A stretch of 64,000 nt of DNA from an uncultured Chloroflexia bacterium. Lineage in GTDB: Bacteria > Chloroflexota > Anaerolineae > Anaerolineales > UBA4823. Positions within the stretch are counted from its first letter, which is position 1. Every line of letters begins with the position of its first letter. The stretch is from assembly GCA_963827155.1 (NCBI GenBank), contig CAWGZV010000002.1, forward strand, positions 2,759,294 through 2,823,293, read 5' to 3'. This document shows positions 21,242-30,478 of the stretch, piece by piece. The notes under the pieces are model-generated. The model worked only from the letters and a program-made list of their open reading frames with translations. It ran no database searches and was not told where the DNA came from. The translations under genes and the position numbers were made by a program.

Positions 21242-23584
21242 TCAGGGCATCGCAGCGTAATAAATCTGGTTTCCGAGAGCCAAAAAGAGGAATCGGCGGT
21301 CCTGATTGATTGCAAATGAGGTCGCTGGTTTAGAAGGCAGAGGGTCTTCGGGCAGGTACTGTTTTTGGAAGGTAAGATTGCGCAGACTGAAATGATAGAT
21401 GGCCTGGTTCTTGGGTTCCAAGAGGTAAAGGGATGGGTCTGGCGGTTGAGTTGAGAGGATTTGGGTGAACGGTGCCGGTGGTTCTAAAGGCAAATTCTCC
21501 TTCCCAGGCCGCCGGTCGATGTAAGCCTGGAACGAACAGCGCGTCGGAGCGACTACCAGGGTATTACGCACACAAACCATCAGCTTTCCATCCGATTGAA
21601 GAAGGTATAGATCATCCCGATCAACAAGCATATCTATTACCTCGTTGAGCGGTGGGATATTCTCATCAAAGAAAAGCTCAGGCTGTTCGGTAAAATTCGC
21701 ACGCCAGAATATCCAAACTCCGTTAGAAGGCAAGTCAAGCGCATAGAAATCCCCCTGATCTAGAGTAGCCTGCAAAACATCACCCCAGGATTCGGCCTCG
21801 GCGGGTGTCAGTCGCTCGGCTTGTGGTGCAAGATCCGGCCGACAGTAAAGCACATGGCCGCTTGAGTCTGCAGCCAGGATTTTTGCTTCAGGCTCGTATC
21901 CTGCTGGCCAAGCGATGATGTCGATGAATGGAGAAACTGTGATCTCGCTGTATACCCCAGGTCCACATTGGAATGTGTAATCGACTTCGTATCCCTGGTC
22001 AGTCAGTACGGCACGAAACACACCGCCGCCGTTCTTATCCAATAAATAAAGCTCGTCTTCGAACGATGCCATATCGATGATATTGGCGCTCAAGGGGAGC
22101 CCACCAATGATCGCCGACTGGTAATCCACGCGTCGAACATAATCCAGCCCATCCAGAGCATCACGGACCTGGGTTTCGAGCGCATTTATCTCTGCCTGGG
22201 ATTCGGGTGAGGCAGCAAATTCTTCAGCCCTTTGAAGCAGGGATAGGGCAGTCCCAAGGTTCGATCGTTTCTGTCCCAGGTCAGAAATCTCCATAGCCTG
22301 CATGGCTGCCTGCCTGGCCTGGGTCGATAGAAGCTCAAACTGGGCAGCCCGACCAAGCCGAAAATAGGTGATGCTGGCAGCTGTCACTATGGCAACAGGC
22401 ACCGCTACCGCGATCAAAGCCATAATACCGGAAGGAATTTGCAGCAACACTTCATCTGGCAACAGCCGACCGATAAAGATCTTCAGTGAAGCCAAAAGGC
22501 CGATGCCAAACTTTTTCAATGCGATCCCGATCTGTGCGAAAAAGCCTCCAACTGCAAGGGATATCGCTGTGGATCTTCCTGCGGGAGTAGGAGCTTGTTG
22601 GCCTGGGAAGGTCTTTGGGACATCGGCGGCAATGGGAATTTGACCTAAATTGGCATCTTCCGCATTCGGCGAGGCATTTATCGTCCCGGCAACCACGATC
22701 CCCGCAGCCATCTCGGATTCGGCAGGCTGCATCGATTTTTGTATGTCGGTTGGGGTTGAGACTGGCGCTGGTATTTTCAGCTCAGGTATTGGTTGAGCCT
22801 CTTCTTGTGATTCAGGAGGAGGCACCTCAATCCCTGGGGCTGTCCCAAATGCTTTCTGCATCGGCACGGGGGGCGGCTGCGTCTGACCGCCGGTCATCCA
22901 GAGCAGGTAGTGTTTCCCCTTGCCTTGTTTCACCTGCATTGCCAAGGCGTTGATTTCGCTAATACCCGGATTAAATAACCGCCTGCGTAATCCTTCCGGA
23001 CCCTGACCGTAGATCGATTTTAAAACATCGCTCGTCCATTCGACGCTGGGTTTAGCGGTCAGCAAGATGGTGTCATTCGGTTTTACTTCCGCCTGTGAGA
23101 AGCTGACTTCTGAAGATTTTGCCAGTCCAAGCCCGCGACCGGCAAGCTCCGGCGCATAATAATGGTTGATTCCCTGGTCAGATATCAAAAAGGCATGCAG
23201 TGCGCCAGATTGTGCAATGGTGATCCGACCGTCTCTTATGACCACCTGGACCAAATGACCGATGCTCTGTCGACTAGCACCCAGCCCCAGGTTTCGTTCC
23301 AATAATATGCGGTTGATTTCTTCGGAAACTTTCCGAAGGGCGGCTGTCACCGATCCTGGAGTATGGTAGTAAAGCTTTGCCAAATCCGACAGCAACTGGT
23401 CGCGCTTCTCTGCCGGAGGTGGGGCATTGCCTTCGAAAATAAGGTAGAAAACCAAGCGATCTGCATCGCGCCCACGGGCTGGGCGGTGGGGCGGCTCAGA
23501 ATAATGCAAACCGAGCAGCTCGGGATAATCTCGCCCGGCATATCGCGAAACGGGAAGCAGGTTCAGATCTATTGAGGCGGTCAT
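21242..23584 (-). CDS. Hypothetical 780-aa membrane protein: N-terminal degenerate PP2C/SpoIIE-like domain, Pro-rich linker, TM segments, C-terminal beta-propeller-like repeats
   Basis: ORF track. The N-terminus resembles the SpoIIE/PP2C fold, but metal-binding Asp positions are replaced (FEGNAP, TAKPS). TM region AISLAVGGFFAQIGIAL...IMALIAVAVPVAIVTAASITYF. Repeated blades DELYLLDKNGG / GDFYALDLPSNG / DDLYLLQSDGK / PSLYLLEPKNQ. Confidence 0.6.
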   Translation of the reverse strand: MTASIDLNLLPVSRYAGRDYPELLGLHYSEPPHRPARGRDADRLVFYLIFEGNAPPPAEKRDQLLSDLAKLYYHTPGSVTAALRKVSEEINRILLERNLGLGASRQSIGHLVQVVIRDGRITIAQSGALHAFLISDQGINHYYAPELAGRGLGLAKSSEVSFSQAEVKPNDTILLTAKPSVEWTSDVLKSIYGQGPEGLRRRLFNPGISEINALAMQVKQGKGKHYLLWMTGGQTQPPPVPMQKAFGTAPGIEVPPPESQEEAQPIPELKIPAPVSTPTDIQKSMQPAESEMAAGIVVAGTINASPNAEDANLGQIPIAADVPKTFPGQQAPTPAGRSTAISLAVGGFFAQIGIALKKFGIGLLASLKIFIGRLLPDEVLLQIPSGIMALIAVAVPVAIVTAASITYFRLGRAAQFELLSTQARQAAMQAMEISDLGQKRSNLGTALSLLQRAEEFAASPESQAEINALETQVRDALDGLDYVRRVDYQSAIIGGLPLSANIIDMASFEDELYLLDKNGGGVFRAVLTDQGYEVDYTFQCGPGVYSEITVSPFIDIIAWPAGYEPEAKILAADSSGHVLYCRPDLAPQAERLTPAEAESWGDVLQATLDQGDFYALDLPSNGVWIFWRANFTEQPELFFDENIPPLNEVIDMLVDRDDLYLLQSDGKLMVCVRNTLVVAPTRCSFQAYIDRRPGKENLPLEPPAPFTQILSTQPPDPSLYLLEPKNQAIYHFSLRNLTFQKQYLPEDPLPSKPATSFAINQDRRFLFLALGNQIYYAAMP

Positions 23585-23667
23585 GCGTGAAGCCCCGGCG
23601 CTCTAGCTTTGTTGAAAACCATTATACTGGTAAAATGCTTCAGAATTTGAGAAGCTAAAGGCTGACC

Positions 23668-24699
23668 ATGCATATCCATACAATCACAAGTTTTGAAGAA
23701 GCGAACAAAATTGCCGGCCAATGGAATGATTTATTAACCTGCTGCAGTGCAAGTCACGTGCCGTTTCTGCGCTTTGAATATCTTAAAGCCTGGTGGGAAA
23801 TACTCGGCGGCGGTGAATGGGATCAGGCAGAGCTGTTTATTGTGACGGCAACCGATGAATACAACGAGCTGATCGGCATTGCACCCCTCTTTCGTACTCA
23901 GAACCGGGCTGGAGAGCAAGCTTTGATGCTCCTGGGAAGCATAGAAATCTCGGATTACCTGGATTTCATCGTTCGAACAACCGAGCTTGAGCCGTTTTTG
24001 ATTGCCCTGCTTCAGTTCCTGTCCAACAAGAAAGAACCCGGATACCAGCTCTTAGATTTGTATAATTTGCCTGACACTTCTCCAACTCTCTCTGCCCTCC
24101 ATTCCGCGGCTAAAAAAACCGGATGGTCCTATAACCAAGAAATTCTTCAAGCTTGTCCGCAAATCCCGCTCCCAGGAGATTGGGAAAGCTACCTGCTTCA
24201 GATAGATAAAAAACAGCGACACGAAATAAGAAGGAAGATGAGGAGAGCGGAGGAGGCGGAAAGTCAGGTGCGGTGGTACATTGCTACGGAAGCCGAGACT
24301 TTAGATCGTGAAGTCGAAGATTTCCTAGGCTTGATGGCTCAGGATCCTGAGAAAGCACGGTTCCTGACTGAAGCCATGCGCGCCCAAATGCAGAGCATCG
24401 CACATGCCGCTTTCGAGGAAGGTTGGCTGCAGCTGGCATTCTTAACAATAGACGACATCAAGGCAGCAGGTTATTTTAATTTTGATTACGCCGGACACAT
24501 CTGGGTTTATAACTCTGGACTTGATTTTTCGTTTCGAGAGCTTTCACCAGGGTGGGTGCTGTTGGGCTATTTACTTCAATGGGCGAACGACCACCAGCGC
24601 AGCGCATTCGATTTCATGCGCGGATCCGAAGATTACAAGTATCGCTTCGGGGGAATTGACCGGTTCGTTGTGCGGGCGCGACTAACCAAGAATCAATAA
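23668..24699 (+). CDS. GNAT-fold acetyltransferase, CelD/BioF2-like (FemAB-like) family
   Basis: 343 aa. C-terminal signature ..NSGLDFSFRELSPGWVLLGYLLQWANDHQRSAFDFMRGSEDYKYRFGG is typical of the Acetyltransf_6 type. Confidence 0.75.
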   Translation: MHIHTITSFEEANKIAGQWNDLLTCCSASHVPFLRFEYLKAWWEILGGGEWDQAELFIVTATDEYNELIGIAPLFRTQNRAGEQALMLLGSIEISDYLDFIVRTTELEPFLIALLQFLSNKKEPGYQLLDLYNLPDTSPTLSALHSAAKKTGWSYNQEILQACPQIPLPGDWESYLLQIDKKQRHEIRRKMRRAEEAESQVRWYIATEAETLDREVEDFLGLMAQDPEKARFLTEAMRAQMQSIAHAAFEEGWLQLAFLTIDDIKAAGYFNFDYAGHIWVYNSGLDFSFRELSPGWVLLGYLLQWANDHQRSAFDFMRGSEDYKYRFGGIDRFVVRARLTKNQ

Positions 24700-25805
24700 G
24701 CAGGGCGCGGAATTCCTGGGCCGTGCAAATTCACTTTTTCCGGCTGGCTGGTCCATACTCCCGGGATCGAGGCGCCGCATTTCGGGCAGGTCCCGTCTGC
24801 AGTCAGGCAATAATCCTTTATTACATAACTGAATCGTTCGATCAGCTTCGTCCTGCAGCTTGGGCAGTAGGTGCTTTCATACTCGCCTACCCTGCCAGGG
24901 ATATTGCCTGCATAGACAAAATTTAATCCGGCTTCCTGCCCGATCTCCGAAGCTCGAATCAGGCTGCGGACCGAGGTTGAAGGGAAATCCAGCATTCTAT
25001 AATCTGGATGGAAGGCAGTGACGTGCCAAGGGATATTCGGTGAAACGGAGGCAATAAAGCGAGCCGCATCCATCAATTCATCCGTGCTGTCATTAAATCC
25101 AGGCACGATCAAGGTCACTACTTCCACCCATAGACCGATCGCATGGGCGCGCTGAACACTCGCAAGCACATGATCCAGCACACCACCCAGCTGCCGATAG
25201 TGCCTATCTTGCATCGTCTTTAGATCGATCTTGTAGGCAGAAAGATATGGACGCAGGTAATCCAGCACTTCCGGCGTGGCATTTCCATTGGAGATATAGA
25301 CGCATTTCAAACCAGCCCGCAGGGCAGGCTCAAAAACACTTACGGCCCATTCGGAGGTGATCAACGGCTCATTATAAGAAGACGCAATCACACTCGCTCC
25401 GGCGCGTTTTGCCATTTGGACCAGCCCGTCAGGTGTGATTCTACGCACCAATGAAAGTACAAGGTCTGACTCCGGATCGCGCATCGCCTGGGAAGTGAGG
25501 TGGTTCTGACAGTATGAGCAGTGGAAATCGCAACCCAGCATCCCAAATGTCAGCGCATCTGTACCGGGATAGACATGAAAAAAAGGTTTCTTTTCGATCG
25601 GATCAGACTGCAGCGCGGCTACATATCCCCAAGGAACTAGCAATCTCCCACCTTGATTGAACCGAACCTGGCAAATACCTCTCCGCCCATTTCTAATGAG
25701 GCACCGGTGACCGCAGGCAAAACACCGCACGGACCCGTCATCATACCTTTCAAAAAGCTCCCCCTCAACTGTCATCGAATCCAGAACTTCTGACAATATT
25801 GTCAT
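24693..25805 (-). CDS. AmmeMemoRadiSam-type radical SAM enzyme
   Basis: N-terminal Cys cluster CFACGHRCLIRNGRRGICQVR, radical SAM CDFHCSYCQN, C-terminal CPSC..CPKC. Start at ATG 25805 with SD AAGGAG; the track ORF extends to 25859. Confidence 0.8.
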   Translation of the reverse strand: MTILSEVLDSMTVEGELFERYDDGSVRCFACGHRCLIRNGRRGICQVRFNQGGRLLVPWGYVAALQSDPIEKKPFFHVYPGTDALTFGMLGCDFHCSYCQNHLTSQAMRDPESDLVLSLVRRITPDGLVQMAKRAGASVIASSYNEPLITSEWAVSVFEPALRAGLKCVYISNGNATPEVLDYLRPYLSAYKIDLKTMQDRHYRQLGGVLDHVLASVQRAHAIGLWVEVVTLIVPGFNDSTDELMDAARFIASVSPNIPWHVTAFHPDYRMLDFPSTSVRSLIRASEIGQEAGLNFVYAGNIPGRVGEYESTYCPSCRTKLIERFSYVIKDYCLTADGTCPKCGASIPGVWTSQPEKVNLHGPGIPRPAY

Positions 25806-25888
25806 CGCAGACACTCCTTTGTCTGGCGCCCGCTTTTTAAGGCAATTCAAACCAGTCAATCAAACCACTCTCTATTATAATCAAAACC

Positions 25889-26484
25889 ATGTTGACCGTA
25901 ATCATCCAGGCTGGTGGTGAATCTCGGAGAATGGGGCAGGAGAAAGCCCTGGTACCTTTCCTTGGAAGACCCTTAATCAGCCGGGTTATCGATCGGCTTG
26001 CTCCGATTGCAGACGAAATGGTGATCACGACCAATCACCCAGAAGCTTTTGGCTTCCTGGAACTTCCTCTCTTAAGGATATTTTTCCGGGTAGAGGGGCG
26101 TTAGGCGGTTTGTACACCGCCTTAAGTGCAGCGAGCCAACCGCTGGCAGCCGTAGTTGCTTGCGATATGCCCTTTGTCGATCCCACGCTGATCCAGAGAG
26201 AAATGGAAATGCTGCTGGATAAGCAGGTGGACGCTGTAGTGCCCCACACCGGAGATGGCGTCGAACCCTTTCATGCGGTGTACCACCCGGGAGTGTGCCT
26301 CCCGCCGATTCGGATCGCACTGGAAAATGAGAAATGGCGGGCCGATGCCTGGTTCAGCCAGGCTAACATTTACCTCATGCGCAGAGAAGAAATCTTAAAG
26401 CACGACCCAATGATGCTGAGTTTTTCAAACGTGAACACACCGGAAGAGCTCCAGGCTGCTGAGGAACTGGCGCGCCAGGATTAA
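25889..26484 (+). pseudogene. mobA: Molybdenum cofactor guanylyltransferase MobA, frameshifted as sequenced
   Basis: MLTVIIQAGGESRRMGQEKALVPFLGRPLI.. (ORF 25889..26104) continues as ..KDIFPGRGALGGLYTALSAA..ACDMPFV (ORF 26110..26484) if one A is added to AA at 26074..26075. Confidence 0.85.
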
Positions 26485-27590
26485 CCCTTTTTCGACAGCG
26501 GCTTTCCCAAGCTTAAGTCCGCATCCCGAAAAGCCATCGTAAAGGGGGAGTTCCGCCGGATGATCAGCTCGTAAATCCCCAGGGTTACCAAAAACGAGGC
26601 GGCTCCTAAAACCAGAAACTTTTCCAGAACGATTGGATGCCAGGCTGCCAGAACAACGGTAAACATAATGATGATCGGGTGGTGAAGGATGTAAAACGGC
26701 AGGACAGCTTCGGAGCTGTATTGAAGGCGCCGGTTGTGGAAATTCAAATACCTCCTTCCCATCCCAATTGCAAAAAGGACCCAAGCCCAGGTGTTCAGGC
26801 TGCGAAGGAGCTGGTATAAAGCAAAACCTGGAGAAAAAGCCGGGTGACGTTCCCAGGCATTCACGAATCCGGCTGGTCCTAACAGCAGCAAGATCGCCAT
26901 GAAACTAATTACCCCAGTCATAAGGAAAACTCTGCGGTTCCGCTCCACAATCTCCATGAGCTTGTCATCCGCAATAAAGATAAATCCATAGAGGAAATAC
27001 ACCAGCCATTGGCAGAAATCACTGAAGTTTTGATGTTGAGGAAAACGGGCATGCAACGTCACCTGAATGATCGCAACAGGCAGGACGAACCAGAAGATAC
27101 CCAAAGGACGTTCTCCCGCTTTTGAAACCCAGTTAGAGATTTTTAAGCCTGCGGGAGAGAGGATCCAGCGAGCCAGCGGCAATGTGAACAAGGCATAGGC
27201 GAACAAAAATCCCAAGAACCAGAGATGGCCGGTGTAGCAGCCATAATCCACCAAAAGCGCGGTCCTGCTGTCTGAACAATAGGGCACCCAGCCTCGAATA
27301 AATTCCACAAATGTGCCTTGAAATTGTCCCATGAATTTTAGAGATAGATAAACCTGGAGAGGGACCAGGGTCAAAGAGACGGCGATCAATGGAACGAGCA
27401 GGCGCTTAATTCTCTCTGAAATGAATTGGCTGTTGCTGCGAGTTTGCAAGGCGAACCGCCCACCTGCACCGGCCAAGAAGAAGAACAAATTCATAACCCA
27501 TTGGTAGAGGAATGCTGCATATAAGCTGAAGACAAGGCTCGTTTTGGGCTCTTGAAGAAGCCAGACACGCGGCTCGGTTTGGAATGGCAT
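26481..27590 (-). CDS. Acyltransferase family 3 membrane protein (N-terminus unresolved)
   Basis: Polytopic membrane protein. Family-typical N-terminal motif RLYYLDWLRGIAILAVFTGHAV is encoded in-frame upstream (to ~27660), but no ATG/GTG/TTG lies between it and the upstream TGA. Confidence 0.75.
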   Translation of the reverse strand: MPFQTEPRVWLLQEPKTSLVFSLYAAFLYQWVMNLFFFLAGAGGRFALQTRSNSQFISERIKRLLVPLIAVSLTLVPLQVYLSLKFMGQFQGTFVEFIRGWVPYCSDSRTALLVDYGCYTGHLWFLGFLFAYALFTLPLARWILSPAGLKISNWVSKAGERPLGIFWFVLPVAIIQVTLHARFPQHQNFSDFCQWLVYFLYGFIFIADDKLMEIVERNRRVFLMTGVISFMAILLLLGPAGFVNAWERHPAFSPGFALYQLLRSLNTWAWVLFAIGMGRRYLNFHNRRLQYSSEAVLPFYILHHPIIIMFTVVLAAWHPIVLEKFLVLGAASFLVTLGIYELIIRRNSPFTMAFRDADLSLGKPLSKKG

Positions 27591-27919
27591 AACGGCATGA
27601 CCGGTGAAAACAGCGAGGATCGCAATTCCTCTAAGCCAATCCAGGTAATAAAGCCTGGGGACAGATGCAGAATTTTCTGGGTCCGGTTGATTTATCTCTG
27701 ATCAGTTCCGCTTATTAACCAATTTATCGAAGCTGGTCAAACATCCGGCGGCTGGTGGAAATGATGAACCCTGGTAAAACCGTCCCCAATGAAAGAAGCA
27801 TGAGGGTCCAAGGTGAATCAATACGCGAACTGGTCGTGAATATTACAGCGACCTATCGATAACGATGCGAAACGAGTCCATTCCCAGAATCTCTCCGGGG
27901 TTCGGATCATGTCCTTAAC

Positions 27920-29176
27920 TTATCGAAGGAGGTGTGCCAACACTTCCTGAAATCTCGCTACTTCGTCTAACGTGTTGTAATGGACTGGACCGACCCGCAC
28001 CATGCCACCGCTTTCCTCAAGCCCCAACCGCTCGGTGACCGCAAGGGCGTAATAGTTACCGTCCCAGACGAAAATTTGCTCCCGTGCAAGCTGTTCTGCA
28101 AGATGATGAGGGTGCCAACCCTTCAGAGTGAAAGAAAATGTGGGGACGCGTTCTTCTAACCGGCGCGCATCCTGGATTCCATATACGGTCACACCGGGTG
28201 TTTCCAACAGGACCTGAAGGACAGCCCGGCTGAGCTCAAATTCATAAGCTCTCACCACAGCAAGCGCTTGTTTAAGGTCGCGACGGCGTCCTGTCAATTG
28301 GGATTCGAATGTATCCTGTGGCTCATCCGAAAAAGTCCTGCCGATCCATTGGAAGTATTCGACCGCTCCCAACACTCCGGCGAGCCCTTCGTGATTCTGG
28401 GTGCCGGTTTCAAATTTATCTGGAGGAACTGTAGGAGCTGGCCGGACTTTATAAGCCACCAAATCATCGAGCAAGTCATAGCGCCCATAGAGAATCCCGG
28501 CATGCGGACCGAAGAATTTATACGCGGAACAAACCAGGTAGTCACAGCCAAGCTCTTGGACATCAATCGGACCGTGGGCAGCATATTGAACCGCGTCGAT
28601 ATAAACGAGGGCTCCAGCCGAATGCGCCAACTCCACGATCTGCTTAATGGGATTGATCGTCCCCAGCGAGTTTGAAGCGTAACCTACCGCCACCAGCCGC
28701 GGGCGACCCTCGAGTGCTTTCTTTAGATCTTCTATATCTAAAGTCCCATCTTCGGGATGAAAATCAACCCAATGCACGATTGCACCCCGGTCCTCAGCAG
28801 CCATTACCCAAGGGGTTATGTTGGCATCGTGATCAAGACGGGTGACAACTATTTCATCGCCTGGCTTCCACTGACGCGCAATCGAACGGCTTAGATGAAG
28901 GGTCAGGGTGGTCATATTATTGCCAAAAACTATCTCTTCCGGTCGAGCGGCATTCAGGAAATCGGCCATCGCTCTGTGGGCTTCTTCAAGAACTGCATCC
29001 GATTCGGCACTCGAGGCAAATGCTCCGCCGTGATTTGCGTTGTGGTTTGTCAGATACTCCACCATCCTATCCAAGGAGGTTTGAGCGATTTGAGTGCCTC
29101 CTGGGTTGTCAAAATAAATCACGGGGCGAATCAGACCTGGAAATTGAGGGCGCACAAGCGAAAGATCGAATGACAT
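27920..29176 (-). CDS. Class V aminotransferase, cysteine desulfurase-like
   Basis: N-terminus MSFDLSLVRPQFPGL..YFDNPGGTQ, PLP-lysine context SAYKFFGPH. Start at ATG 29176 (GGAG upstream); the track ORF extends to 29215. Confidence 0.85.
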   Translation of the reverse strand: MSFDLSLVRPQFPGLIRPVIYFDNPGGTQIAQTSLDRMVEYLTNHNANHGGAFASSAESDAVLEEAHRAMADFLNAARPEEIVFGNNMTTLTLHLSRSIARQWKPGDEIVVTRLDHDANITPWVMAAEDRGAIVHWVDFHPEDGTLDIEDLKKALEGRPRLVAVGYASNSLGTINPIKQIVELAHSAGALVYIDAVQYAAHGPIDVQELGCDYLVCSAYKFFGPHAGILYGRYDLLDDLVAYKVRPAPTVPPDKFETGTQNHEGLAGVLGAVEYFQWIGRTFSDEPQDTFESQLTGRRRDLKQALAVVRAYEFELSRAVLQVLLETPGVTVYGIQDARRLEERVPTFSFTLKGWHPHHLAEQLAREQIFVWDGNYYALAVTERLGLEESGGMVRVGPVHYNTLDEVARFQEVLAHLLR

Positions 29177-29459
29177 TGGTAGCTCCGTAGTCAGGATTGG
29201 GTGAGTACCGCCCATTATAAGCCAGAGCCCACGGACTGCTATTTAGCAATTTCAATTTGCGACCAGGGCAAAGGGAGGACCTTTTCGTCGTGCTAACCAG
29301 TAATTTGAAGGGCGGGAACGTTGTGGACTAATTTTGGAGAAGCACATTTTCTGGATTTGAGAAATCCATATCTCTGGCTCAATATTCTGTTGAAATTCCA
29401 TCTGTTGGGATTGACGCTTAGAAAGCCGCCCAGTTTCGATCCGATCTTCCATTAAAGGG

Positions 29460-29496
29460 CTTGACGCCAGAGTGAGGGGGGCACCCTGGCGTCAAG
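29460..29496 (-). terminator. Strong hairpin between tRNA-Arg and the aminotransferase gene (possible terminator)
   Basis: 11-bp perfect stem cttgacgccag/ctggcgtcaag with a 15-nt loop. Only a weak T tract (cccTTTaa) follows on the minus strand. Confidence 0.35.
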
Positions 29497-29576
29497 CAAG
29501 CAAAAGTATATCATTATTTCGAGAAATCGCAAGGGTCTTTGCCCGACATTTAGTTAAATTTTCTGCCGACTGGCAG

Positions 29577-29649
29577 CGCCCCAGGCGGGAGTTGAACCCA
29601 CAACCTCGGCCTTAGGAGAGCCTCGCTCTATCCTTTGAGCTACTGGGGC
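29577..29649 (-). tRNA. tRNA-Arg (anticodon CCU)
   Basis: Acceptor GCCCCAG/CTGGGGC, D-arm GCTC-AAAGGATA-GAGC, anticodon loop CTCCTAA, T-arm GTGGG-TTCAACT-CCCGC. Confidence 0.88.
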
Positions 29650-29659
29650 AGTGAAAAAA

Positions 29660-29668
29660 ATTATAACA
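29660..29668 (-). promoter_or_regulatory. Extended -10 (TGTTATAAT) for tRNA-Arg
   Basis: Minus strand TGtTATAAT ends 10 nt upstream of the mature tRNA 5' end. Confidence 0.45.
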
Positions 29669-29757
29669 CAGCGGATTAGGCTGTCATAAACGACGGGGAA
29701 ATGCCTGACAAAGCTATGTCCCCGAAAATATTCTATGCCTTCTGATAGATTAAATTT

Positions 29758-30462
29758 TCAATCTAAACTTCCGGTTGCGACAGCTCGCTTGACCTCTCCA
29801 ATTGCTTTTGTCACCTGGATCTCGCGCGGGCAAGCGACAGTGCAGTTAAAGATTGTGTGGCAGCGATAAATCCCAAACTGACTGTTCAGGACCTTCAACC
29901 GTTCTGCAGCCCCTTGATCTCGGCTGTCGAATATGAAGCGGTGTGCTGCAACGATTGCTGCGGGTCCAACATATTTCTCATTCGACCAGAAGGAGGGGCA
30001 CGAGGTCGTGCAGCAGGCGCATAGAATGCACTTGGTTGTATCGTCAAAACGCTCGCGTTCTTCAGGGCTTTGAAGCCGCTCGGTCTTCGGCTCTGGCTCG
30101 TTGTTAATTAAGTAGGGCAAGACTGATCGGTAATTCTCCATGAAAGGTTCCATGTCTACAATCAGATCTCGAACAACCCGCAAACCCAAAATCGGCTCAA
30201 CAACAATTTTCCTTCCGCGCAAATCTTTCACGAGCGTCTTGCACGCCAACCGATTTACACCGTTTATCCGCATCGCATCTGATCCGCAAATCCCATGGGC
30301 GCAAGAGCGTCGAAAGGAGATTGTGCCATCGAAATTTCCCTTGGCATACTCTAATAGGTCCAAGACGCGGTCGGTGGGTTGGGCATCGATTTTATAACTG
30401 TCGTAATAGGGTTTCTTTCCAGCTTCAGAGTTGTAGCGGAATACCTTCAGCGTGATTTCCAT
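29758..30462 (-). CDS. sdhB: Succinate dehydrogenase/fumarate reductase iron-sulfur subunit
   Basis: 2Fe-2S SCAHGICGSDAM, 4Fe-4S CILCACCTTSCP, 3Fe-4S CHTIFNCTVACP. Start at ATG 30462 with SD AGGAGG. Confidence 0.93.
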   Translation of the reverse strand: MEITLKVFRYNSEAGKKPYYDSYKIDAQPTDRVLDLLEYAKGNFDGTISFRRSCAHGICGSDAMRINGVNRLACKTLVKDLRGRKIVVEPILGLRVVRDLIVDMEPFMENYRSVLPYLINNEPEPKTERLQSPEERERFDDTTKCILCACCTTSCPSFWSNEKYVGPAAIVAAHRFIFDSRDQGAAERLKVLNSQFGIYRCHTIFNCTVACPREIQVTKAIGEVKRAVATGSLD

Positions 30463-30478
30463 CGGTGCCTCCTGTGAC

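Noticed and set aside
29252-29452. 66-aa minus-strand ORF between tRNA-Arg and the aminotransferase gene
   Set aside because: It has no SD, no recognisable domain and a Gln/Arg/Ser-rich composition. It more likely falls in the 5' region or terminator spacer.
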